Source: Lama glama
Lineage: Eukaryota
Assembly (NCBI GenBank): GCA_028534125.1
Contig: CM052820.1
Location: 1,550,001-1,614,000, forward strand
Direction: 5' to 3'
DNA: 64,000 nt
Shown: positions 50,111-62,932 of the stretch, piece after piece
How positions within the stretch are numbered: position 1 is the stretch's first letter
Layout of the letters: every line of letters starts with the position of its first letter
The notes under the pieces: model-generated
What the model was told of the DNA's origin: nothing
The model's database searches: none
The model's input: only the letters and a program-made list of their open reading frames with translations
Made by a program: the position numbers and the translations under genes

Positions 50111-50469
50111 AGCCAGGTCAGCACCCACTCACGGCCAGCGGGGTCACCCTAAACACCAAACAGGATAGAAAGTGTCAAGTTGCGCCCGGGAAGGATAAGC
50201 TATCCTTTGTGAAACTTCCGGTTCACTGATACCTATATAGCAGGTGTGTGCGGTGTCTCCACCTGGAGAGGCCAGTGCCGTGGGTCGGGGAAGAAGGGTG
50301 TTCAAGCAACTGCTTACAAAGATTACACTGGCAAGAGTTTTAAGTGCGTCAGGAAGAGGGAAGGACCAGGGGAGGCCAGGCCGGTGGGGACCCTGGTCCG
50401 TGTCTGAGCAACCAGGATCATGACCCTCTCCAAGTCTCCCGTGTCCTTCACCCTTGTTCCCCTGTTTCA

Positions 50470-51256
50470 TGCGTACGGGTCTCCACATCGTTTGTTGGAT
50501 TTTTTGATGCGATTATAATTGGTATCTATTGGTAATTTTTATTTTCTATTTGTTGCTGGTACACAGAAATAAAAGATATTTGTGTATTGATCTTCAGTTG
50601 GCCTTGTTGAATTCCAGTGTTATCTGTAAATTCTTTGGGAGTTTCTACATGCTGATTGCGTGCAGTGACAGTTTTATTTTTCCTTTCCATTTCTTATGTC
50701 TTTTATTTCTTTTTCCTGCCTCAGTGAATTGGTCAGGAGCACTGGCTCTCCTTGAATAGTGAGGATTCTCCTCTGGTTCTGGATCTCGAAGGAGAACGTT
50801 CCCTGTATCACTGTTGACACCATGTTGCTGTAGGTCTTTGTTTGTTTGTTTTCTTTCTAAGAATCCATTGTCAAATCAGTGTTGTGGCTTTCCGTTCCTG
50901 GCTTCCTGTGAAGGTTGTTTTTTCCCCCATGAATGAATGTACACAGAATTTTATCGAATGCTTCCTTTGTCTCTGTTGAGAGGATATAAATTTTATTATT
51001 TATTTTGTTCATGTGGTTAATTACACTGATTTAAAAAAATTAAACCAGCCTTTAATTTCTGAACTGAATTTGCATTGACTAAAATGTAGTAGAACCTGTC
51101 CATATGCTGTTAGATCCAGTTTGCTAATGTTTTATGATTTTTGCTTTTGTGTTAATGAGCAAGTTTAACTTGTAGTGTTTTTCTTGTCAGTTTTTGATAT
51201 CAAGGTAATACTGTCTCATGAAAAAAGTTGAGAATTTCTTCCTTCTTTATATTTTG
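50470..51256 (-). mobile_element. LINE-1 ORF2 (RT region) remnant, AT-rich
   Basis: ttgttgctggtacacagaaat...tgtgtattgatctt...ttgaatagt...gttctggatct...tgtaggt...gaattttatcgaatgctt...ttacactgattt...tttgctaatgtttt...gatatcaaggtaatact. Confidence 0.85.
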
Positions 51257-51754
51257 TTTTGTCAAAAACAAAATCTCTTCCTGCATGATTAGAGGAGGAG
51301 ATGAATAGTATAAAATGATTAGCAGTGTGTTTGGGAAAATAGTCAATTTGAATAATAATTAATAAGTAAATTAATTATTAAAGGGATTATTAAAAGGTTT
51401 AGAGTTATCTGTCCAAACAGGCATTTTGGAATTTTAATGGCAAGTTTATGTGAGCGTATATGTTTGTTTTGACTGGCATCTGCAAGTACCACAGCTCTCC
51501 TCCTTTCTCCACAGCCCATTCCAGGAAGATACTGATCTGATGGATCTGATTGGTATTATATCTGCATTCTGTACTAATGGAATGGTAAAATTAGCATTAT
51601 TAATATTTTGAGGTCACAGTCACCGTTTCTGGGTACTCGTGGTTGGGTAGAGATCAGGAAGTTGAATATATTTGAAATCTGAAGGACCTCAGGTCAGTTT
51701 TCTCATATTATCTGTTCCTCATTTATAGCATGATTTACTCATCCCTGCACCCAT

Positions 51755-51882
51755 NNNNNNNNNNNNNNNNNNNNNNNNNNNNNNNNNNNNNNNNNNNNNN
51801 NNNNNNNNNNNNNNNNNNNNNNNNNNNNNNNNNNNNNNNNNNNNNNNNNNNNNNNNNNNNNNNNNNNNNNNNNNNNNNNNNN
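51755..51882. other. Assembly gap (128 N)
   Basis: Run of n from 51755 to 51882. Confidence 1.
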
Positions 51883-52399
51883 AACTAGTTTTAGGGTCAT
51901 GGATAATAGAACTATCAAGATTTAGTCCCTATTAGGAGCTCTTGATCTTGTGGCAGAGGCAGAAAATTGGCCTAATGATCTTGGGATGGCAGTGTTGGCA
52001 GGGAGCCTTCTGCATCACCACCCTGGTCTGCAAGAGGAGAGTGCAGCGCGGCGAGGTCGGGGCTTTCTGAGGAGTCCGCCTCGGCTCTGGGTTGGCTGCT
52101 CTGATGGCAGCCTGGTGCCTCCCAGTTTTCCTTTTCCAACATGTGTTGTTCTTCTGAGTATATTTTCCCAACAAAGGAATTTATAAAAAGCAATCCTAGG
52201 TTTTTTCCTTAGTCAGAACTGTTAAAAAAGAAAATGCCACAAAGCCAAACCTCTCCAGAAGTGCCTCCCGGAATTCATCCTTGGATTTGCTTCTCGCCGT
52301 GAGCGGGAAGAGCCGCCCGCCCCCAGGAGCCCCAGCACGCTTGCTGCTCTCGTCAGTGAACTTTCTTCTGTGGCTCTGGCTCTCTGGAAATCTGTTTCA

Positions 52400-52760
52400 A
52401 ACTCTGAAAAGCAGCTGGAACGCACTTGAGTCACTCAGCACAAACTACAAAGCGATGGCATTGACTGTGCCAAACAGATGCTGTTTGCGTTCAAATAAAA
52501 GACAAACATAATATTTGCATTAATAGAGAGCCTTTGCCGAAGTATTTGCATAAAGTGGTTTATCCTTTTCCAAGAGCTGGTTACTTTTTACTAATTTCTG
52601 AGCGTAGCAAAGGATAAGCAATCTTTTGCTGATTATTCCTCACAAAGAGTTGCTTTCGCACAAGTTGAGCTGATTTCAGAGAAGGGCTCTCCAACATGCA
52701 AATACGGCGCCGAGTGGCACGCTGCATTGATTGCTGTCAGTCATGTTCGCGATAGCGTTT
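52400..52760. promoter_or_regulatory. Enhancer candidate with three perfect octamer (POU) sites and an AP-1 site
   Basis: ATTTGCAT at 52513-52520 and 52544-52551, ATGCAAAT at 52696-52703; TGAGTCA at 52427-52433; GATAAG near 52613. Confidence 0.55.
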
Positions 52761-53429
52761 TGTCTTTGAAAGTAGGACTGATGAGCTATTGCCCTGTTCT
52801 CAGTGGTACTAAGCTCCGCTTCAGCAAAGAGTTTTGTAAAGAGTTACTGAAACTGGGCCACATCTCAGTGGCTGCCTCCTCTCTGTGCTGAGAAGCCAGA
52901 CGGGTGTGTCGAGTGCCTTGGTACGTATTCAGTGCAGTTTCAAGGACAGCTGTCGTGAATTCTTGCTTCATTAACAGGGCAATATGAGTAAAGACAAGGA
53001 AGTCAAGCAAGGGGGGAATGAGGGTCTGCTGGGGAGGAGCAGGGACTAGATACGCATGCTCTGAGCCCTGCGCAATTATCCAAAAACAAACTGCAGTTTG
53101 GACGTGAGTTTCCCACCTGTCAGAGTGAAGAGGCAGCCTTGTTCATTTTGGGGATTTCCATTGTTCTTAAGAAGAAACTGACGAGGAGTTTTAAACAGCG
53201 ACCTTGAAACACAGGTACACAGCGGCACGGACAGGAAGTCTGAGGAAACAGTATGACACGTACCGAAAGCCTCAGGGACTGCGTGCATCTTTGCATTCAC
53301 TCAGTGTTCAGTACTTATCTGTGTGAACCTGTCTACCCACGTCTTGCCACACCCTCGCTCCTGGCATGTTGGCCTTTCACTTTGGAAGTGGCTTGCTTCT
53401 ATCTGACATAATCCGTGTGTTGTTCTGAA

Positions 53430-54200
53430 GAATGGTTTCTGAGTGGTAAACCTCAATTTTTGTTTGTCAGAAAAATGCCCTTTTTCCCTTTTTCTAGAGT
53501 GATAGTTTAGCTGGGTATAGAACTGTAGGCAACTTGTATTTCGCGCAGCGGTTTAAGGTACCTTAGTGCCTCCTGGCTTCCTCTTGTTGCTGCTGCTGTC
53601 GAAAAGGTAGCTCTCAGTGCAGCCATGTCCCTCCTCAGGGAGCCTGTCTCTGCTGTCTTGGCGCTTTTGTGATCTTGTCTGGTGGATGTTCTGGTATTTT
53701 GCCACAGTGTGTCTGGTGTGGGTAAGCACTTGCCCTGCGTGGGACTGAGCATGTGTTTAAAGTCTGAGGCCTCTTATGTCCCTGGGATTCTGGAATATTC
53801 TCTTCTCTGCATTATCTCCGTTCTGTACTTCAGGAGTTCGCACTAGACCTGTGATGGACCGTCCTGTTCTTTTCTCCATGCCTCACTCCCTCTGCCCCCT
53901 TTTGCACTGCCCTCAGGTTGTCTAGATCTAGCGTCGAGTTCGTTATTTCTGTCCTTAGCTGTATCTAGTCTGCTATTTTTGATTCTAGAAAATTCTTTCA
54001 GCAATTTTCCATTTCTTTCTCCAGGGTTCCTGAATGGGCTATTATCATTTCTTTTCTCCATTTAATACCTTATTTTTAAAACGTGTGTTTTGTAGTCTCT
54101 GACAGGTTGTTTTAACATGTGCGGGCGTCTTGGGGTCCTTTCTGGTGTGCTGTGTTGGCCGATTCTAGCAGAGCTGAGTGCCCCGCCTCCCATCTGTAGT
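53430..54200 (-). mobile_element. Ancient L1/HAL1 ORF1 remnant
   Basis: Minus ORF 53843..54061 contains NSRLDTAKDRNNELD (compare the L1 ORF1p coiled coil NSRLDTAEERISELED); 'gatagtttagctgggtatagaa' is antisense to the ILYPAKLS motif. Confidence 0.8.
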
Positions 54201-54750
54201 TTTCTGTTTTCACTGCAGGTTCTCTTTGGCAGGGGGGCTCCCCCCACCCCCTGAGCTCCACACCCACCTCCCTCCCGTTCACCCTGCTTTGGGTACCTCG
54301 TGGTGGTGGGTGTGTCTGTGGAAGGGCATTTTGTTTTTGCTGTCCTTCATCTCCAGGTTCTCCCAGCTCTAGACTAGTTTTTACCTTAATTTCTAGACTC
54401 AGGACTCCAGAACCGCCCAAGTGATGTGAATCTGGAGGCCATCCACATGGCCACAAGCTTAGGGCTTCATTTTCTCAGAGGAGACTCTTCCCAGCCATCC
54501 TCTCCTGCCTCCTTGGCCTGGTGGGTAGAGAGGTCCAGTCCCATTTTCATAGATCCCATGGCCCTGCCGGAGCTCTGTCCTTATGCAGGGGTCTGGGTTC
54601 CAAGTCTCTGTTGGGACAAGCTCATGGCCACACCTCCTGCCCACCCCAGGGCCAGCTCTGATGACTGTCCCCAGGTCCAGGCAGCCGCATCTTTGTGCAC
54701 TTGCTCAGGGAGGGTACCTTGATTCTGTCTTGCCCTCTTGGTAACTGGGG

Positions 54751-54831
54751 TCTCTTCTTTCTTTCTTTCTTTCTTCCTTTCTTCCTTTCTTCTTTCCTTC
54801 CTCCCTCCCTCTCTTCCTTCCTTCTCCTTTT
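54751..54831. repeat. 81-nt pure polypyrimidine (CTTT/CCTT)n tract, potential H-DNA
   Basis: No purines on the + strand from 54751 to 54831. Confidence 0.9.
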
Positions 54832-57800
54832 GAGCTCAATTCTGTGTCTAGAGTTGGGGTGGGACTTTATTCTGTCTCCTGGTCACCATTTCCATATTCT
54901 TGCAGTGGGAGGTGAGGGGTCCTTAGTGCGTAAGTCCAGCAAGGCTCCGGAACCTGAGTTATGATCCACTTTGTACATTGTTCGACTCTGTGTTTTGGAC
55001 ACTAGCAGTATCTATGTTTCCCAAAGTGTGAAATTGGTTTTTGCTACAGGTGCCCCTGTGAATTTGGAACGTCAGCCACGTGGCCCGGATTTTACCACAG
55101 TGATTTCCAGTTCCTCTTTCCTGTAGTTGAGTTAAAAGGGTTGCCCTTTTTTCTGTCTGTGGATGCTTTCACTCTAGACCAGCCCTGACCGGGTACCACC
55201 TGAGGGTGCTCATTCTAATTACAGGCTGCCTTCCTGCCTCAGTAGCCGGACATACTGCGTCTGTACAGGCCAGAGGCATTGGGCAGTTAAGGAAGGCTGC
55301 TGTTCATGGGTTTTGTTTTGGTGTGATTCCTACAGATTCCCTTTGCCCATGATTCTCCTCCCTGTTGGCAAATGAGTGCACGGAGGGGTACGTGATTTTT
55401 TCCCTGAGTTGAATTTCGAGTGATGCATCTGTTCCAAGAATGATCATACCTTATGAAAAAACGGAGCTAGGTCATCAATTCTGCTTCACCGATAAGGGAG
55501 GTGAACTTGGTAGAGATGTGCTCAGGCTCCGGCTCTGCTCGGTGCCTGGCGGGTGCACCAGACGCCTGCCGGGCAGCGGGAGGTGCGGGCGGCTGAAGCA
55601 GGTAGAGCCCCCGCCGCCTCGGCCTGGTGGGGTGCTGTTCACCCTGAAACCCAGGGCAGGCGGAGCGTTAACTGCTGATTCGCTGGCAGGGAGCAGTCTG
55701 GACAGTAAGAGTGCACAGGTATGTGGGGGTGGGGTGCTTTGTTTCTGCTTTTTCTTAATTCAAAAATTACTCCATTACAGAGCACAGAAGATGAGGGATT
55801 CTGGTCTAAAATTTGGATGTATCTGTTCTTCAAACTATGAAGCTTTCAAAATTTGGAAGGACTGTTTAACACAGCCATTTTTCGCAGAGCGGCTATTTGG
55901 AAGGAGTCTGCCCCTGCCTGATTGGGCCTGGGGCCCCGTCTGCGCCCTCGGGGAGAAGTGGGGGGAGGTGGTGCGCACGGGACCTCAGGGGGCGTTGGAG
56001 CTCTTGGGGCAGAAGCCTCCCTCCTGCTCTGCTCTTTCCCCTTTCGATTCCCCTCCTTCAGCGCCGTGGAGCCTGGGGGACGCCCAGCCTGCGGACGGGA
56101 GTTGGGGGGAGGACCGCCCCGGCGGCCTTTGTCTCCGCAGCACCCGGTCCTGCGAGCCAGGTGACAGCCGGGCTGGCTCATCGCATCCCGCCAGCCCTGC
56201 GAGGTGCAGAGCGTCCTTTCACCCGTTGTTCAGATGTGAAGAATGAGGTCAGTTGTTGGAGTGAGGTCAAGGGCACCCTGGAACAGGCCTGGGCGTTGGC
56301 ACCAGGCTCCCGGCTCTGAAGCTCGGTGCCACCCACCGAGGATGCCCAGGACTCCCCAGTGATCATGCAGAAACCACAAGCTGAAAAGCAGGGAGAGGAC
56401 AGGAATCCGTACCCTGTCACTGACGTCAGCACAGCAGCGTCCAACAGCAAAGTGTGCTCCCGCCGGTGCCACTATTTTAGAAGGTTCAAATAGAGCGCGG
56501 CAGAGTGATCGGTGTATTTTTAGAAACAGGTTTGTGATGTGTAAAACGGTAGTGAGAGGCGTAGTGAGGTCAGTCAGTCTGGGTTCGGGGAGCTGTGGTC
56601 TGGGGAGCGCCTCCACGTGGTGTGTCACAGAGACACAGCAGATTCCTGCAGGTCGTACCCAGCCCTCCGGAGGACCCGGGAAGCCAGTTCTGTGGGAGGA
56701 AGGGGTGCGCTGTGGGACTTAAGCACGAAGCGGCCTCACGTGCACACGGACACCCCTGAACAACGGGCAGTCCTCTGCAGCGGGAGCGCGTCCTCCAGGC
56801 AGTGAGGGGCACACGTGCGTCGTGGGGCGAGTGACGGCGTGGTCGTGGCTGCGCACGGCCTGCCTGGGAGACTCCAGTCTCTCCGCACAGCAGCTAAGAT
56901 GCTAACAGCTGTGCCTTTGCCGCGTGGGATTTGAGTGTCCCCTTCTTGTTTTTATAAAGTTATGCTTTAAAAAACTAAGAACTTCGATACAGTTTTACAA
57001 ACAACATGCTGGATATTCTTAGGCAGTATGAGAATGAAAGAAAGCGAGACTTCCTGAGACGGGGCAGAGCTCAGCTGGGAGCCCCGCTCCCGCCCTGCGG
57101 CAGGCCCTCTGCCCACGGCCGGCCCATCACGGGCGCTTCTGTGAGCGCCACGCTCCGGAAGGGCCGGGGACCTGTGAGGAGGCCCTCTTCCAAGTTGCCG
57201 GCTACATCCGCAGGTCGACTCGAGATGAACGGTGGGGTGCACAGTGGAGGGGGTACCGCGTGGGCAGAGGAGGCCCGTTTCTGAGTCCTGGATCTGGCAA
57301 CCCCTCTCCTGGCCTGATTCCTGAGCCAGTCCTCTGCTGTCTTCCTTTGGCTGTGACCTCTGGCAGCGGGGGTCCTGCTGGAACGGGACAGTCCTGTGTC
57401 AGGCTCCGAAAATGATCCTTCCCCTCCAGGCTGCAGGCAGAGGGCAGAGCCTGGCAGCTTCCGGGTGAGAAGCTCCTTTCCTGGACCTTCCAACATCGGG
57501 CCCTTGAAATACACTTTTCCTCGGAGATGTCACACGTCCCTGCTGAGCACGAGCCCTGGAACCGGCGGGACTCCCGGGGCTCCCTCACCAGCGGCACGCA
57601 GTTCAGGACCCTGTTTTGATTCTGCACATACTGCTCCTGCCCCTGGACAAGCTCCTGCAGTCTTGAGCCCGTGATGGTCCCCAGCAGCAGATGGTGACTG
57701 GTGTCCACCCTGCGGAGCTGCCCTGACAGCTACGGGGAGGGTGGGCAGTTCTTGGGTCACCCAGCATGAGTGCCTGGTCACACTGCTACAGCCTACAGTT

Positions 57801-58344
57801 CACTGTCGCCCATCGCCCACTGGTTCTGGGGAGGGCCCAGCGCCCAGGACGAAACGGGGATGTTGCTTGGATGTGTCCTCCATGCCTGTGGCCCCTGATG
57901 GCAGACTCTCTGCCTTTGTCGGCATGGGGGTGCCAGGTGCCAGGCTCCGGACAGCGTGCTCGCCAGGGAAGTGAGGCTAAGCCAGGATGTTTCATTTAAC
58001 GTGAGGACACGTGTGCAGCCCAGAAGGAAGCGTACAGCATCTTCAGAGTGTGATAGGTGCTCAGCTGCCCTGGGAGGTGCCTGCTCTGCAGCGCACGGCA
58101 AGGTCTCGTCCTCCAGGCGATGGTTAAGCTCCGAAACAAAGAACCTCCATCAGACAGTGCGTCTCAGTAACGGACGAGAGACACGAGAGCCGCCTAGGTC
58201 CGTGGAGCCTGCTGGCACCGCGGGGGTGACTCTGTGGTTTCTGGGGGACAATGTGTCGTCTGAGTTCCTGTTTTTCCTTTAGTGGCTTCCCTAGAGGACT
58301 TAGTATTCCAGAAGAGCGCACCCGCCCAAGACGCTGGTGTCGGG

Positions 58345-58585
58345 AGGGCGGGAGTTGGGATGGCCGTGAAGAACGCTGCTAAGCTTCCACTTACAAAACG
58401 AGCAAGTCCCAGGGGTGCTGTGTACAGCACAGGGAGCGAAGTCAGCGATGTTGTGACGACTTTGTGTGGTGACGGATGGTAACGGCTTATCGTGGTGAAC
58501 GCTCTGTAATGTGTAAAAATGTCAAATGACCGTGGCACATCTGAAACTAATACAGTGTTGCAAGTCAATTACATTTTAATTAAAA
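58345..58585 (+). mobile_element. LINE-1 3' end (L1MA/laurasiatherian type)
   Basis: aagcttccacttacaaaa...aagtc...tgtacagcacaggga...actttgtgtggtgacggatggtaac...cttatcgtggtga...ctgaaactaatacagtgttg...attaaaa. Confidence 0.9.
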
Positions 58586-58869
58586 GTGAATCAGTAAAAA
58601 GCATTTCAAGGAAAGAATGCCTTAAGGATGGAGGTGGCGGGGAAGAGCAGCGCGCGGACTTACCGACTGGAAAGACGAGCGGAGCAAACCGAGTGGAGGT
58701 ATTTACTAACTGGAGTTCTGAACCGATGGCAGATCCTGAGCTTTTTTTTCTCCTGAGAAAATCATAGAGGAAGGGTCAGGGGAGGTTTAGAAGCTGTTTG
58801 CTCTCCAAAGTGACGAGCAGATCTCCCAGAATGAGCAGGGTCAGCGATCTATGTCCTTGGTTTCCTGTC

Positions 58870-59540
58870 TTCGCCCCCGCACGAGCCCACCCGCCCAGCC
58901 TTTCCCGGTCTCTCTTAGCGCCGTGAATGGCCTTGCCTCCCATGTGGCTACTGGAAATTTACAATGGCTGCCTTCCACACAAATCCCAAGTCAGCCCACT
59001 GGCCCAGCTCCGTGCGACTGCCCTTCTCTGGGCTCCTGGCTCTTCTCCCAGCTTCCGTTCTCCCTCTTTGGGCCCTCCTGGCCTTGGTTGATGTTCTGTG
59101 CAGCAGCAGAAGTGAGCCTTTAAAACACACGTCAAAAGACAGTCTCACAGTGGCCTTCAGGTGCCGCTGCCTCCCTGACCCTGTTTCTCGCACTGCGACC
59201 CGCTGCACGGACCCCACCAGGTGTGCTCCATCCCAGGCCCTTTGCACGTGCTGTCGGATGCTCTTCCTTGGAATAGTTTACATGGTTCCTTCTTGCCTAT
59301 CATTCAGGTGTGTGCTCAGATGTCACCATCTCACAAGGGCCTATCTAAAGGAATAAACCTCATCACCCCCTGCCCATGTGACTTATTTCCAGCACACGAT
59401 GCCACGAGAGCTGTTTATGGTCACCTCCTCTGCGCTAGTGGGAGTTTGGGGTTCCGGGACTTGGCGTCGCTCAAGGCTGCACCCTGGAGTTAATGACAGT
59501 CAGTAACTAGTTCCTCTGAATTTGCTGAATGGATGGATGA
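58870..59540 (+). mobile_element. L2a-type LINE 3' end
   Basis: cagcagcagaagtgagcctttaaaac...ggccctttgcacgtgctgt...tcattcaggt...gctcagatgtcacc...tttgctgaatggatggatga. Confidence 0.75.
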
Positions 59541-60559
59541 TGGGCCAGCATGGGGAGGCAGGGCCTTGGCATTCCTGGCCTGACCGTGCCGACCTTCACC
59601 ATCTCTCTGGCCGACCTTCTTTGTCTTTAAAAGGCAGATGATCATAGTATTTTTGCCGTTCATCTCCCGGCTGTGGACTGACCGAGCTGATAGGAAGAAG
59701 ACTTACATGAGCGTCTAAGTCATAAAAAGTGGCTAATTGGCTAACTGGCTGTTCCTTCTGACTTAGAATGTCAGCTTCAGTCACAAAAAATGTACGTGAA
59801 ATATGCTTTTCATGAATTGAAGCAAATACTGTCCTAAAGAGAGCTGGAGAGAAAGTCTTTAACCCCGAGATGCTGTGGCCACCGCACCCGGTCGGCGGGC
59901 ATTGCGGACGAGACCCAGGGGCGCGGGTCCCTCAGGCAGCCGCTGCTGGGCCAGCCCGGTGGCTCTCAGGCGCTGCAGCCCCGGGGGTGAAGCCTTACTG
60001 GAGCCTGCCGGATGCTCGGTCACTCTGAAGCGGTGCCTGAAAGGGGACGGCCCACGGGATCCTTTCCAGTGCAGAGAGCAGCAACGCTTGTGAGACCAGC
60101 AGGGCCCGCGGCCCTGGTCTCCGCCTCCCGCCTCCTGGGGCGTGGTCCCCGCGGACACTCCCAAGCCACACACTCAGCATCCCCGCGGACCTTCTCCAAA
60201 TGGCCGTTGGGGCTTACTGTTTTCAGTTAGTGACTCACTTCTCGTGAGCTGCTTATTAAAATGTACCTATTTTCCAGCTTCCTGTCCCTTAACCACAGAC
60301 ACCTTCCAGCTGATTTTCAGGGCCCAGCAGTGTGGAAAGTGTTCTGGGAGGCGGCTTCATCCACCACGTGGCTTCACTTGCTGACTCACATTTTCAGGAG
60401 CTGCTTCTGCCCCGATCAGATGTCTTGTTGTGGGATGGGACGTGCGTTCTCTGCGCAGGCGGGACTGCGCGCTGATGTCGCAGGGGTGCCTGGGACGCGG
60501 GAGAGCGTGTTTTCTGCCTTGCCCGTTATGTGTGTTATTTTATTTACTCCTGTGTTGGT

Positions 60560-60665
60560 TTACATTCCACTTAAGTCACGAGGAAACTGAGTCCGAGTTG
60601 AAGCCACACGATCACAACTGAAGCTCAGTGTGAGGTGGAAGCCAGCCTGTCCGACCCTGAGCCCC
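60560..60665 (-). mobile_element. MIR core fragment
   Basis: gaggaaactgagtcc...gatcacaact...ccagcctgtccgaccctgagccc. Confidence 0.6.
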
Positions 60666-62064
60666 CCGGGCCTCAGGACACAGCCTGCTCCCACGCAGAG
60701 GCCCCTCCGTCCGGGTGAGGGGGTGAACTCAGGTGGGAATTGTGTTCCTCAGGTCACTCGACAGTTAGGAGGTGTTAGTTCAGAAAACAGGACATCCGCA
60801 GGGGACCAGCAGCGGGGGCTCAGCTGACCTGGGTCTGCCTCTGGATCTGCCCCGCGTGCAGGTTGCTCTGAGCAGCCGGAGAAAGTGGTTATTGACAGGT
60901 AGCGTCAGGGCGAGTTTCCCGTCCCTGCTGGTGGTGTGTGACTTGTCTCTACTAATGTGATCGCAGGTGTGTATCCAGAAACAGTTCTGTCTTAGTCTTG
61001 GAGATACGGGTTCCCTGCGTGCTCCCTGGGGTTCTCTTACTCAGACGCTGAGAGACCTGCCCATTTTGCTCTGATGTTACTCCCCCCGCCCCAGGCCCCC
61101 AAGTGCTCTGCAAAGCAGTGCTGAGTGGCCCACCTGGCCCCGCCCCGCGGGGCAGCCAGGCACCCTCCTTCTGCTCACGAGGGCGGGCGGGCCAGGACGT
61201 GTTCTCCGATTTTCTAGCTCACTTACCAACGGCTGAGCTGGGCCTCCGCGTGGTGGGAACAGCTGGGAGCTGGTGTCTCACTGGGGAGGGGGGAGGAGCA
61301 GCCCGGCCCCGAGGACCGTCTGGAGACTTGCTGAGAAACTCCCCCCAGGAAGTGCTGCCGCGGACCGGGGAGGACCAGGGGGGGCAGAGCCAGCTCTGTC
61401 TGGCCTGCGGGCGGTGGCCCGCGCGGCTGTGCTCCCGCACCCTCTCCCTCGTGGCTCCCGCGCTGGTCCTTCCCCGGCTGGGCCGGCCCCTCCCGGTGTC
61501 CTCCCCGCCGCCAGAGCCTTCTGTCCTGGGTTGTCCCTCTGAGAGGAGCGGCCAGGCGTCGCTTCCCCGCTTTTGAAATTTCCCAGAGAAGAGTCCCAAG
61601 TGGCAGGCCACGACTCTTCCTCCGCCCCCGGCTCCAGCCTCTCTGCCTGGGGTCCGAGGATCTGGAGCAGAGGCCGCTTGGACATCTGTCCTGTTTGCCT
61701 GGACTAAGTCTTCGGTGTCAGAAGGTGGGCCCTGCTGTGTGAGCGGGCCTCCGCCACCCCACGTGGACCCCGCGCTCCAGGCCGGACAGGCCAGGGCGTG
61801 TGCCCTGTCGCCGGGGCTGGGCTCAGTGCGGCATCCGCTGGGCCCTCCGTCCTGCTCGGTGTCGCAGCTCAGATGCCCAGGACATGTTTGTTGAGTTGTG
61901 TGTGAGCCGGGAGGGTGGGCCTGCTGGCACTGCTAGGGGCTGGCAGTAAACTGGAGAGTGTCAGGGTACTAGAGAGGGAACCGGGGAGGATGAAGACTTA
62001 GCAGGTCCCGCAGGCACCGGCCATCGATGACAAAGCCAGGGCTTGTCTTGCCAGCTCTCAGAAG

Positions 62065-62560
62065 CTCTTTTATCGGGAAGAATGTCAAACCCATATAAAA
62101 GAGATCTTGACTCCCAGTCACACGGTGAGACCCCCTGTGCCCCTCAAAACCCTGAGCGTTTGGACCACCCCCACCTCCCCAGCTTTATTTCCTAGAGAAT
62201 TTAAAACAAATCCCCGATGCCACATAAAAACATCAGTGTGTGTTTCCAACAGAAATAAACCCATTATCACACTCCCCAGGATGAATAATTCCGAAACATC
62301 TTCTTGTATCAAGCTATGTTCCCTTTTCACCAGTTGTGTTAACAAAATGCCTTTTTCCAGCCATTTGTTGAAATCAGGGTCCCCTCTGCAGTCTTCAACC
62401 TGTAGCCCGTGGCCCCGCCGCCCCCGCCAAGGAGCTGGGGCGTCTGTCCTGTAGACTCTGTCCCCACACTGACTGGTTACAGCCTCCTGGTGTCCTTTGA
62501 ACATGTTCCTGTAAGCTCGTATTTTCTATAAACTGGCAGTTTGACTGTCAGAGGCCAAGA
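62065..62560 (-). mobile_element. L1MC/L1ME-type 3' end remnant
   Basis: ttttatcgggaagaatgtcaaacccatataaaa...tttaaaacaaatcccc...ccattatcacac...aataattcc...ttgttgaaatcaggg. Confidence 0.65.
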
Positions 62561-62912
62561 ATGCCTCAGATCATCCCTGACCTTTTCAAAGTCTGCCCAG
62601 CTTTCCTGAAGGAAAAACAGTGTTTAGCAAGAACAACAGTGTGCCTCTCATTTTCACTTTCTCTGATAAATGCACGTAAGTTGTGTTGGACGTGCCTCAG
62701 GAATTCATAACACTTATCTCATTAAAGTTTAATTCCTATTAATGGGCACACAAGCTTTATTATAGAACTTTGCTATTTTTCCATAACTTGCGTGATGCAG
62801 AGGAGAAACATTTAATGGGTTGGAATGCTGGAGGCTCTTAGCAAAACTCACGGGGGAGGTGTCCGCCTGGTGGGCCAGTGCTGGTGTGGGGGGAGGGGGC
62901 ACTGCTGGATGT

Positions 62913-62932
62913 GGGCTGGGAGGGAGGGAGGG
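62913..62932 (+). other. G-quadruplex-forming motif
   Basis: GGG-CT-GGG-A-GGG-A-GGG-A-GGG: five G3 runs with 1-2 nt loops. Confidence 0.7.

Noticed and set aside
55440-56246. 268-aa + strand ORF
   Set aside because: No recognisable family or motif, heterogeneous composition and no convincing exon boundaries.
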